Positions 1 to 5,699 of a stretch of 8,848 nucleotides of DNA are shown here, one piece after another. The notes under the pieces were generated by a model. That model saw nothing but the letters and a program-made list of their open reading frames with translations, did no database searches and was not told where the DNA came from. The DNA comes from a virus (Monodnaviria; Loebvirae; Hofneiviricota; Faserviricetes; Tubulavirales; Inoviridae), in the IMG/VR virus record IMGVR_UViG_2579779034_000001; one strand, given 5' to 3'. The position numbers and the translations under genes are program-made. How positions within the stretch are numbered: position 1 is the stretch's first letter; each line of letters starts with the position of its first letter.

Positions 1-32
1 ATTGGTGCGCATAATGTGCGACTCGTTATGTT
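1..32 (+). other. dif-like XerC/XerD recombination site at the left junction (hybrid attL-like)
   Basis: Positions 5-15 GGTGCGCATAA match the E. coli dif XerC arm 11/11 (dif recalled as GGTGCGCATAA-TGTATA-TTATGTTAAAT). Central 16-21 TGTGCG matches 3/6. The XerD-arm position 22-32 is degenerate (about 5/11). Confidence 0.7.
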
Positions 33-36
33 GAAA

Positions 37-69
37 AGGCCGCTGCGAAAATCGCCTCCGCAGCGGCCT
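37..69 (-). terminator. GC-rich perfect hairpin; possible terminator for the 103..1206 gene and inner stem of a folded attP
   Basis: Stem 37-47 (AGGCCGCTGCG) pairs perfectly with 59-69 (CGCAGCGGCCT), with an 11-nt loop. On the minus strand it lies just downstream of the stop of the 103..1206 gene and is followed by a short T run (plus-strand AAAA at 34-37). Confidence 0.45.
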
Positions 70-75
70 CTTTAG

Positions 76-100
76 CATAACGTCATTGTGCGAACCAATT
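76..100 (-). other. Inverted, degenerate dif-like site (attP2-like)
   Basis: Reverse complement of 76-100 is AATTGGTTCGCACAATGACGTTATG, which resembles site 1 (ATTGGTGCGCATAATGTGCGACTCGTTATG). Positions 1-16 can pair with 84-99 (14/16 Watson-Crick) and 25-30 with 76-81 (6/6). Confidence 0.45.
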
Positions 101-102
101 AA

Positions 103-1206
103 TTATTTTTTGTCTAATATAGCACTGCTTATATTAGAATTCTTAGCTGTAAAAAGCATATCTGCTTCTTGGTATATTTCACCTGAGCCACCACTAAAGT
201 TAAACTCGATGTTTAGGTCATTATAAGTAATGCTTGGAGAGTATTTTCTGCTTATTATAATATAGCCAACTGAATTTGCAGGAACCTCAACCCTTTCTTT
301 CGGTTTTTCCATAAGATATCCATTATCATTAACAAATTCAACATTGTATTTTTTATACACTCTTATTTCTTCATCATCTCTTTTCTTTTCATCTTTATAA
401 TCAAATGTATCAACATGTTCGGAAATATATTGAAAGTTTTTATATATTCTCCATCCGCCTGAAACCTTCAGTACTTCTGATGTTTTGTTAATTATTCTAA
501 ATTTGAACATTATTTGATTTTTTTCTATCTTGGCATCTATTATTTCAATAGGGTATTCATTCGCTCTTAGATTGTAATTTTCAGTTATCAGTCCATTACC
601 TATAGGATTAATCGAAAGCCCAGAATTGTACATATTGTTATAAATCATGTAGTTATATGCTTTCAAGGGGCCCGCGAGAGGGTTGTCTTCTGTTTGGATA
701 CTGATGACCATATAACTGAAAAATGCAGCAAAAATAGCACCACCTAAGATAAAAGAACCTGCACTCGGTGGCACTGAGTCTTTTGAAAGGTATGTTTTCC
801 CGTCAGTATCTTCTGATCTTATGGAAGGCATGGTACTTTTATCAAGAATTCTTGTTCCTTCAATCAAGAGCACCATGGATATTTTTTTATTTGCTAATAT
901 TCTATCTATCTTTACAAAAGAACCTTCGGTAGTTGCATCATGATCACTTGCAATTACAGTACAAGACATACCGTTTGGGACTTTTATTTCTACATTTTTT
1001 TCTTTATCCTTACCTTTATTAAATACTGATGCATTTATTACTATTGCATTGTCAGATATTGAGGTTTTACTTAAGGAGTTCCAGCAGGATAAGTAAAGTT
1101 GTCTTTTCCTAAATATAGATAAAAACTTATTGAGGACTAATGCCACAAAAAAAGAAGTAACTACTTTCAATGTATCAGTAATCAAGTCCGGCATCTTTTT
1201 TCTCAT
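103..1206 (-). CDS. Hypothetical membrane protein, 367 aa, two predicted TM helices; AT-rich phage cargo gene of unknown function
   Basis: A 367-codon ORF in DNA of roughly 32% GC (a sampled 60-nt stretch gave 19 G+C), where stop codons are frequent by chance. Hydrophobic segments at about residues 12-32 and 148-170. No catalytic motif recognised. Weak Shine-Dalgarno. Confidence 0.75.
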   Translation of the reverse strand: MRKKMPDLITDTLKVVTSFFVALVLNKFLSIFRKRQLYLSCWNSLSKTSISDNAIVINASVFNKGKDKEKNVEIKVPNGMSCTVIASDHDATTEGSFVKIDRILANKKISMVLLIEGTRILDKSTMPSIRSEDTDGKTYLSKDSVPPSAGSFILGGAIFAAFFSYMVISIQTEDNPLAGPLKAYNYMIYNNMYNSGLSINPIGNGLITENYNLRANEYPIEIIDAKIEKNQIMFKFRIINKTSEVLKVSGGWRIYKNFQYISEHVDTFDYKDEKKRDDEEIRVYKKYNVEFVNDNGYLMEKPKERVEVPANSVGYIIISRKYSPSITYNDLNIEFNFSGGSGEIYQEADMLFTAKNSNISSAILDKK

Positions 1207-1273
1207 TTTACTTAAAATCCAGTGTTTTAACTGATCAAAGATGGTCAGATAAAATGCAAAAATTTAGTATTTG

Positions 1274-1304
1274 AATATTACCCTAGTTAACCTAGGGTAA
1301 TATT
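1274..1304. promoter_or_regulatory. Perfect 13-bp inverted repeat with 5-bp spacer (operator-like palindrome) upstream of the 367-aa cargo gene
   Basis: Arm 1274-1286 AATATTACCCTAG and arm 1292-1304 CTAGGGTAATATT are exact reverse complements; spacer TTAAC. No adjacent T tract on either strand, so an operator is more likely than a terminator. Confidence 0.5.
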
Positions 1305-1310
1305 ATATCA
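1302..1310 (-). promoter_or_regulatory. Candidate extended -10 promoter element (TGATATAAT) for the 103..1206 gene
   Basis: Minus-strand sequence TGATATAAT at plus 1302-1310 fits TGnTATAAT. Its TGA is the stop codon of the upstream 139-aa gene. The palindrome 1274-1304 covers the predicted +1 region. Confidence 0.35.
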
Positions 1311-1727
1311 ATAATATGAATTTCTTCGGTGCCACCAATAAAGTAGACCGTATCCGACGATAAGAATCCCAAAAAATATCAGAGACATTCCCCAGCCAGT
1401 TCCGTACCACGAAACCATATCATCGAAAACCAACCCACCCGTTTCACGTACTCCGGCAGCTTCCTTAAGAATTGGTTTGAATACCGGAATCAGAAGGGCG
1501 ATCGCCAGTGGGGCACCCCAGCGAACAAGACCTGTTTCCATTTTGATCCCGAAAAAGATCCCCGCACCGACAACAAGCAACCAGACTATCAGGCCAGGCG
1601 CAGTTTCCAGTGCTGTTTGCCATTCAACATCGAAAGTTTTCATTAGCCAGGCAACAACTGCCAGACAGAAAGCAAATACGCCCACGACAACCAGTTCAAC
1701 GCCGCTTGTTTCGTTATTTCTACTCAT
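1308..1727 (-). CDS. Hypothetical small integral membrane protein, 139 aa, about four TM helices
   Basis: ORF with four hydrophobic stretches. Good RBS on the minus strand (AAGGA about 8 nt before the ATG). GC about 52% in a sampled stretch, clearly higher than neighbours. The antisense ORF 1477..1767 is shorter and judged spurious. Confidence 0.65.
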   Translation of the reverse strand: MSRNNETSGVELVVVGVFAFCLAVVAWLMKTFDVEWQTALETAPGLIVWLLVVGAGIFFGIKMETGLVRWGAPLAIALLIPVFKPILKEAAGVRETGGLVFDDMVSWYGTGWGMSLIFFGILIVGYGLLYWWHRRNSYY

Positions 1728-1769
1728 CCTTTTGATCCTTTTTCATTGTTCAAAATTCGCACAATAAAG

Positions 1770-1798
1770 AACGTGCAGTGTTGGTAATACTGCACGTT
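1770..1798 (-). terminator. Hairpin downstream of the 60-aa regulator gene (minus-strand terminator or attenuator)
   Basis: Perfect 10-bp stem 1770-1779 AACGTGCAGT with 1789-1798 ACTGCACGTT and a 9-nt loop. On the minus strand it is followed by CTTTATT and lies 18 nt after the stop at 1816. Confidence 0.45.
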
Positions 1799-1815
1799 TG
1801 TACCATTCGTGGTAC

Positions 1816-1998
1816 TTAATCCTTTTGTTTGGCAGACATGAGATCTTCTGCTGCATCTTTAGAGTAGTTATCAATCAGATAACCTAAAATCTCTGTCCAT
1901 GTAATTGTTTTTCCTAGTTTTACACTGGCATTTATAGCCAGTCGTTCTAGTTTCATTTTTCTTTCTTCCGTCACGTTATAAGTCGTGCGCTTTGCCAT
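1816..1998 (-). CDS. Small putative DNA-binding regulator (60 aa), divergently transcribed from gII
   Basis: 60-aa basic N-terminus (MAKRTTYNVTEERKMKLERLA). Position and orientation mirror the repressor-replication arrangement of integrative filamentous phages such as rstR-rstA in CTXphi. Function is inferred from context only. Confidence 0.5.
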   Translation of the reverse strand: MAKRTTYNVTEERKMKLERLAINASVKLGKTITWTEILGYLIDNYSKDAAEDLMSAKQKD

Positions 1999-2040
1999 TT
2001 TTTACGCTCGTTCAATGCAATATTTGAAGTGAGTATACAT

Positions 2041-2125
2041 GCTCATGAACTCATATCATCCAAGCCTCTTGAACTCACTAGCTCACTGGTGTAATGTTTA
2101 AACACTAATGAACTACTGAACTCAT
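2041..2125. promoter_or_regulatory. Divergent control region with four TGAACT(C/A)(A/C)(T/C) iterons; candidate gII promoter, operator and/or plus-strand origin
   Basis: TGAACTCAT at 2046-2054 and 2117-2125, TGAACTCAC at 2070-2078, TGAACTACT at 2109-2117, plus related GCTCACT and GCTCATG. Possible sigma70 promoter toward gII: -35 TTGAAC 2069-2074, 17-bp spacer, -10 TAATGT 2092-2097. Possible -10 TATACT on the minus strand (plus 2032-2037) for the regulator. Confidence 0.45.
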
Positions 2126-2167
2126 GTGTTAGTAAGTCGTCATTTTTGCAATTTTGAGGATTTATTC

Positions 2168-3220
2168 GTGATCGATTGGCTTACCGGGATTTTCCCTTGC
2201 ACACACAAACCGCTTCCGGCGGGGAGTGTTGTCAGCGTTGATGCTGACGGTGCAATTGAGTGGGAAACCGTTAAGCGACTGACTGTTCGCGGCTCGCATG
2301 AAGCAACGATGAAAGTACGATCGATAGGATCTAATGGCGAAGGTAAAGCGACACATTTGTACATTGATGGTAATCCTTCCAAGTTTCTGCAGGGGCATTC
2401 TGTTGTTGGGTCGGATGATATACAAGGGCTCATGTTGACGGTCTATGCCAGGATTTTATCCTTATTGAATATTCCTCATGATTTAGCGTCTTATAAAGCC
2501 GTTATGGCAGGTCAGTATAAAATTTCACGTGTTGACATTAATTACATGTATTCATTATCTACGCTGGAAAATGTCAGATCATGGCTTTATGCCGCCGAAT
2601 TTAAAGCTAAAACACGCCATGGTCGCGCATGTGGGAAAGGCGGTACAGTTTATTTAGGTAAAAACTCCCGTCGATGGAGTCTGAAATTTTATTCAAAATA
2701 TGATGAACACGTTTCTGGTAAAAAAGGGCACCAGATAGCCGAAGAGTTTGTACGAGCCGGGTTACTGGACTGGACGAAAGATAAATTACGTATTGAATTA
2801 ACATTAAGAACAACTGAGCTTATTGATTTAAATTTAACGCTTGGCGCTAACTGGAATATGAAAACACCACGTCAATTATTCTCTGAATATGTAGGGAGAA
2901 TAGAAATGAATCAGAATGCTATTTTAAGTGATGAAAAAATAACGAAACTGCCAAGAAAAATACAGTCAACTTATTTACTTTGGAAACAAGGGGCTAACAT
3001 GAAAGAAATGTTACCTCATAACACTTTTTATCGCCATAGAAGAGAATTGCTTTCGTTCGGTATCGATATTAATTTCTATTGTGATTCACCAGACTCTAAT
3101 AACGTTGTTCCGCTAATAAGAACGCTGGAAGCCAAGCCAGCGGAAATCCCCTTATGGATTTATGAGAAAGGTTTTATTTTCGATTACAACCGTATTTCGC
3201 ACGCCAGTAGCTGGCATTAA
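2168..3220 (+). CDS. gII: Replication initiation protein, pII-like rolling-circle nickase
   Basis: GTG start at 2168 preceded by RBS TGAGGA (2155-2160). N-terminus (M)IDWLTGIFPC aligns with M13 pII MIDMLVLRLPF as recalled. Internal matches PSKFLQGHSVVGSDD vs PAKVLQGHNVFGTTD and NNVVPLIR vs NNVVPLVR. The ORF track's longer start at 2126 overlaps the iterons and is less likely. Confidence 0.85.
   Translation: MIDWLTGIFPCTHKPLPAGSVVSVDADGAIEWETVKRLTVRGSHEATMKVRSIGSNGEGKATHLYIDGNPSKFLQGHSVVGSDDIQGLMLTVYARILSLLNIPHDLASYKAVMAGQYKISRVDINYMYSLSTLENVRSWLYAAEFKAKTRHGRACGKGGTVYLGKNSRRWSLKFYSKYDEHVSGKKGHQIAEEFVRAGLLDWTKDKLRIELTLRTTELIDLNLTLGANWNMKTPRQLFSEYVGRIEMNQNAILSDEKITKLPRKIQSTYLLWKQGANMKEMLPHNTFYRHRRELLSFGIDINFYCDSPDSNNVVPLIRTLEAKPAEIPLWIYEKGFIFDYNRISHASSWH
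2906..3220 (+). CDS. gX: Putative nested in-frame pX analog (C-terminal 104 aa of pII)
   Basis: In-frame ATG at 2906 (Met261 of the 2126 frame) preceded by GGGAGA. In Ff phages pX is produced from an internal start of gII. Inferred by analogy only. Confidence 0.35.
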   Translation: MNQNAILSDEKITKLPRKIQSTYLLWKQGANMKEMLPHNTFYRHRRELLSFGIDINFYCDSPDSNNVVPLIRTLEAKPAEIPLWIYEKGFIFDYNRISHASSWH

Positions 3221-3231
3221 AGGAAAGTAAT

Positions 3232-3549
3232 ATGTCTAATTATGGTCTTTTCGTTAAGGGTAAAATGTTGGGAGCCCGCCAACGTAATAAAGTTAATGGT
3301 CAGGGCTATTATAATGAAATTGGTATTGGCCTTGAAATACCTGATGGTTTTGGTGGTACAAAGCAGGATCAAATTATTATTCGAGTTTCTCAGGCTCTCG
3401 TTAACGCAGGTCTAATGAACCAGGCGAATGCTTTCATTGGGAAATTAGTTCAAATTCCTGTCTATGTCCGTGCGTGGTCAATGGAGGGTAGGGAAGGTGT
3501 AACTTATAATGTTTCTTCCGATGGTGGCATCGCAGAGATCAAAGGTTAA
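3232..3549 (+). CDS. gV: Putative ssDNA-binding protein (pV-like)
   Basis: 105-aa ORF immediately after gII with RBS AGGAAAG. The position is conserved in Ff phages; similarity to M13 pV is weak (an R/K-rich segment followed by GxYxNE). Confidence 0.6.
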   Translation: MSNYGLFVKGKMLGARQRNKVNGQGYYNEIGIGLEIPDGFGGTKQDQIIIRVSQALVNAGLMNQANAFIGKLVQIPVYVRAWSMEGREGVTYNVSSDGGIAEIKG

Positions 3550-3551
3550 AT

Positions 3552-3638
3552 ATGGACGATGTTATTCAAATTTTGATAGCGTCTGGCATCGTTATTTCTT
3601 TTGGCCTCGGCGCGATTACTGCGGGGGTCTTTCGTTAA
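3552..3638 (+). CDS. gVII: Minor coat protein pVII-like (28 aa)
   Basis: MDDVIQILIASGIVISFGLGAITAGVFR resembles the M13 pVII C-terminal part (IQISVVLCFALGIIAGGQR). Stop overlaps the next start (TAATG). Confidence 0.7.
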   Translation: MDDVIQILIASGIVISFGLGAITAGVFR

Positions 3639-3733
3639 TGTATATCGTTTATTTCTTCGGGGCTTATACCTTTGGTTTTGCCCTTTTCTATGCGGTCGGT
3701 TCATTTAAATCATTTTCTGACCGATTAATGTAA
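3638..3733 (+). CDS. gIX: Minor coat protein pIX-like (31 aa)
   Basis: MYIVYFFGAYTFGFALFYAVGSFKSFSDRLM resembles M13 pIX (MSVLVYSFASFVLGWCLRSGITYFTRLMETSS). ATG overlaps the gVII stop. The 3509..3733 track ORF is the same frame extended upstream and is rejected. Confidence 0.72.
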   Translation: MYIVYFFGAYTFGFALFYAVGSFKSFSDRLM

Positions 3734-3752
3734 CCTTAATGGAGTTATTCCT

Positions 3753-3995
3753 ATGAAAATTCTGTCTACTGTTAAATATAAAGTTGCTCTGGCTTCAACT
3801 GCGCTTTTTATTTCTGCAAGTTCTTTTGCGGCTGAAGGCGCTACAGGTGGTACTGATTATGCAGGCCAGGCAATGGATGCTTTGTTGACTCAGGCAAATG
3901 ATCTCATTGGTAAAGTATGGCCTGTTGTTGTGGCTGTGGTTGGCGCTGGGCTTGCCATTCGTATTTTCAAAAAATTCTCTTCAAAAGCGGTTTGA
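3753..3995 (+). CDS. gVIII: Major coat protein pVIII precursor (80 aa, signal peptide plus mature coat)
   Basis: Signal peptide ending SFA followed by AEG, an amphipathic and hydrophobic core, and a basic C-terminus KKFSSKAV, closely paralleling M13 pVIII (SFA-AEGDDP ... KLFKKFTSKAS). Confidence 0.95.
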   Translation: MKILSTVKYKVALASTALFISASSFAAEGATGGTDYAGQAMDALLTQANDLIGKVWPVVVAVVGAGLAIRIFKKFSSKAV

Positions 3996-4004
3996 ATTTC
4001 ACTC

Positions 4005-4028
4005 AGGGGCACTCGTTGCCCCTTTATT
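4005..4028 (+). terminator. Rho-independent terminator after gVIII
   Basis: Stem 4005-4011 AGGGGCA pairs with 4017-4023 TGCCCCT, 5-nt loop, followed by TTATT. Ff phages have a terminator at this position. Confidence 0.55.
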
Positions 4029-4041
4029 AAAGCGGGTTACT

Positions 4042-5358
4042 ATGAAAAGGAAAATATTAATTCTTTCCGCTGTCCTCATTTCTCCTTTTTCACATGCTGA
4101 GTCATGGGAAAGCATTACTAAATCCACTTATCAAAGTTCTGCCTACGCTGAAAGTAAGCAAATAACCAATCAGGATGGCTCTAAGACAACGGTTTACTAT
4201 ATTGATGCTGCTATGCAGGCCTCCGCTTGTCAGGGTGCTAAATCCAGTGCTCAGAGTGTATTTACTCGGGTTAAACCAACTTATGAGGGTATCTGGCCTG
4301 ATTCTGAATTCCGTCTTGTTTTTACTGGTGATTGTACTTACAGCGATTCACCAGGGCAGAAGGATAAATATTGGTCTTTAACGGCTTATATTGTTGGTAA
4401 TATTCAGCGTTCTGTTCCTGATGAAAAACCTACTGACCCGACACCAGAAGAAATTTGTGAAGCGAAGCCGCCAGAAGAAGGTGTATTTAATAATGTTGAT
4501 TCATATGATGGTGGTCGCTATATCTACTATAACGGCTGTGAATATGAGGCTACTGGTGTCATTGTTTGTCAGGGTGATGGTACTGTTTGCGCTGCAACAT
4601 GGAAGCCTACAGGTGCTGTAGCTGACCCCTCTGATAAACCCTCAACCCCCCAAAATGGCGGTGGTGAGTCCGGTGGTGGTGAGTCCGGTGGTGGTGAGTC
4701 CGGTGGTGGTGAGTCCGGTGGTGGTGAGTCCGGTGGTGGTGAGTCTGGCGGTGGTGAGTCTGGCGGCGGTAGTTCTGGCGGTAGTTCTGGCGGTAGTTCT
4801 GGCGGTAGTTCTGGCGGTGGCTCTAGTGGTTCCAGTCTTTCTAAAGGTGATATTCAGTCTGCGATCGAAGGTGCTTCACCCAAAATAGCCAGCGATATTC
4901 ATGATAAATTAACGGAGAAAGACACTTCATCAGATGATAAAAAAAATGCCGATGAACAAACCAGGAATAATATAAATCGTCTTGACGATTCCATTAACAA
5001 TCTTACGCGGGGGGCTGGCCGTTTTGCTGACCCTTCAGGTGGTGATTCTCGTTATGGAAAGGGCGACTCTGAATTAGATGGCGCTTCTACTTTAGCTGAT
5101 TCTGAATTGGGAATTGAAAAGGATTCTCACGGTGCTTTATGGGAAGCATTTTTAAATAAAGGTGCTATGCTGCCTAATTTGCCCAATGGTAACGGCTGCT
5201 CTGATTTTATTATTTTCCCCGGAGAGGTTTATCAGATTGATATTGGTTGCGATAAATTACTGACTATTAAAGATGTTCTTTCATGGGTTTTTTATTGCCT
5301 TACTTTCTGGTATGTCTTTACTTCTTTAACTTCATTGCTTCGCAAAGGGGGTGAGTGA
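4042..5358 (+). CDS. gIII: Minor coat / adsorption protein pIII (438 aa)
   Basis: Signal peptide [19 protein letters not shown]. Cys-rich segment [26 protein letters not shown] resembles M13 N1 (YEGCLWNATGVVVCTGDETQCYGTW). Gly/Ser-rich linker. C-terminus IDIGCDKL...[17 protein letters not shown] resembles M13 (IDCDKINLFRGV...FMYVFSTFANILRNKES). First ATG after the gVIII terminator. Confidence 0.9.
   Translation: MKRKILILSAVLISPFSHAESWESITKSTYQSSAYAESKQITNQDGSKTTVYYIDAAMQASACQGAKSSAQSVFTRVKPTYEGIWPDSEFRLVFTGDCTYSDSPGQKDKYWSLTAYIVGNIQRSVPDEKPTDPTPEEICEAKPPEEGVFNNVDSYDGGRYIYYNGCEYEATGVIVCQGDGTVCAATWKPTGAVADPSDKPSTPQNGGGESGGGESGGGESGGGESGGGESGGGESGGGESGGGSSGGSSGGSSGGSSGGGSSGSSLSKGDIQSAIEGASPKIASDIHDKLTEKDTSSDDKKNADEQTRNNINRLDDSINNLTRGAGRFADPSGGDSRYGKGDSELDGASTLADSELGIEKDSHGALWEAFLNKGAMLPNLPNGNGCSDFIIFPGEVYQIDIGCDKLLTIKDVLSWVFYCLTFWYVFTSLTSLLRKGGE
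4657..4836 (+). repeat. In-frame tandem repeats encoding the pIII Gly-rich linker (seven 15-bp GGGES units, then 12- and 15-bp GGSS/GGGSS units)
   Basis: Seven 15-bp units GG(C/T)GGTGGTGAGTC(C/T) from 4657 to 4761, then GGCGGCGGTAGTTCT, three GGCGGTAGTTCT units (4777-4812), and a degenerate tail to 4836. Confidence 0.9.
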
Positions 5359-5699
5359 TGCCTTTATTATTAGGTATTCCTGCATTGTTGCGTTTTCTTA
5401 TTGGTCTTGTTCCTTTGTTTATTGGCTATGTGGCGAGTTTTTTAGCTCGACTTGCTACCAGAACAGGATTAATCGCCTTTGCATTGGTCGCATTAATTAC
5501 AACAACTGTTACGCTTTTAATGCAGTACCTTGCTGAGGTCATGTATAACGGTTTACCTGCTGATTTCTCCCATTTAATGGCGTCTGTATTGCCTGACCAT
5601 TTTCAGGCGTGTGTTAACGTTATTATGGTTACTCGTATCAGTGTTTTTGTTTTCGATTTAAAACAAAAATTTCTTGATTATGCAAACAGGGTGATTTAA
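5358..5699 (+). CDS. gVI: Minor coat protein pVI (113 aa)
   Basis: [24 protein letters not shown] closely matches the M13 pVI N-terminus (MPVLLGIPLLLRFLGF) and FDLKQK matches FDVKQK. ATG overlaps the gIII stop (TGATG). Strong RBS AAGGGGGTGAG. Confidence 0.92.
   Translation: MPLLLGIPALLRFLIGLVPLFIGYVASFLARLATRTGLIAFALVALITTTVTLLMQYLAEVMYNGLPADFSHLMASVLPDHFQACVNVIMVTRISVFVFDLKQKFLDYANRVI

Noticed and set aside
1477-1767. 96-aa plus-strand ORF
   Set aside because: It is antisense to the longer 139-aa membrane-protein ORF, which has TM helices and an RBS. The product is Thr/Pro/Ala-rich and typical of an antisense read of a GC-rich gene.
1999-2125. LexA (SOS) box in the gII control region
   Set aside because: No CTGT-N8-ACAG-like motif found by eye. 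SOS control, as in CTXphi, is not supported by the sequence.
2126-2167. Longer GTG start for gII at 2126
   Set aside because: It overlaps the iteron cluster, lacks an RBS, and the pII N-terminal alignment begins at the 2168 GTG. Kept as an alternative in case annotation uses the longest ORF.
2140-2813. Three minus-strand ORFs (2140..2433, 2162..2425, 2607..2813) inside gII
   Set aside because: They are antisense to the pII-like gene, which has clear homology. No independent signals.
3509-3733. 74-aa ORF treated as a single gene
   Set aside because: Its 5-prime part overlaps the gV 3-prime end and gVII. Only the last 31 codons (from ATG 3638) resemble pIX. The region is better explained by two small genes, gVII and gIX.
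3898-4041. N-terminal 48 codons of the 486-aa track ORF (3898..5358), which would extend gIII upstream
   Set aside because: This part overlaps gVIII in another frame and spans the gVIII terminator hairpin. The signal peptide and first post-terminator ATG are at 4042.
4175-4621. Two plus-strand ORFs (4175..4381 and 4391..4621) inside gIII
   Set aside because: Out-of-frame overlaps within a well-supported gIII, with no RBS or homology support.
4657-4836. Possible CRISPR array
   Set aside because: The repeats are directly tandem with no spacers, in frame within gIII, and encode a Gly/Ser linker.
4655-4888. 77-aa ORF (VVSPVVVSP...) inside gIII
   Set aside because: It is an alternate-frame reading of the tandem Gly-linker repeats with a low-complexity product.
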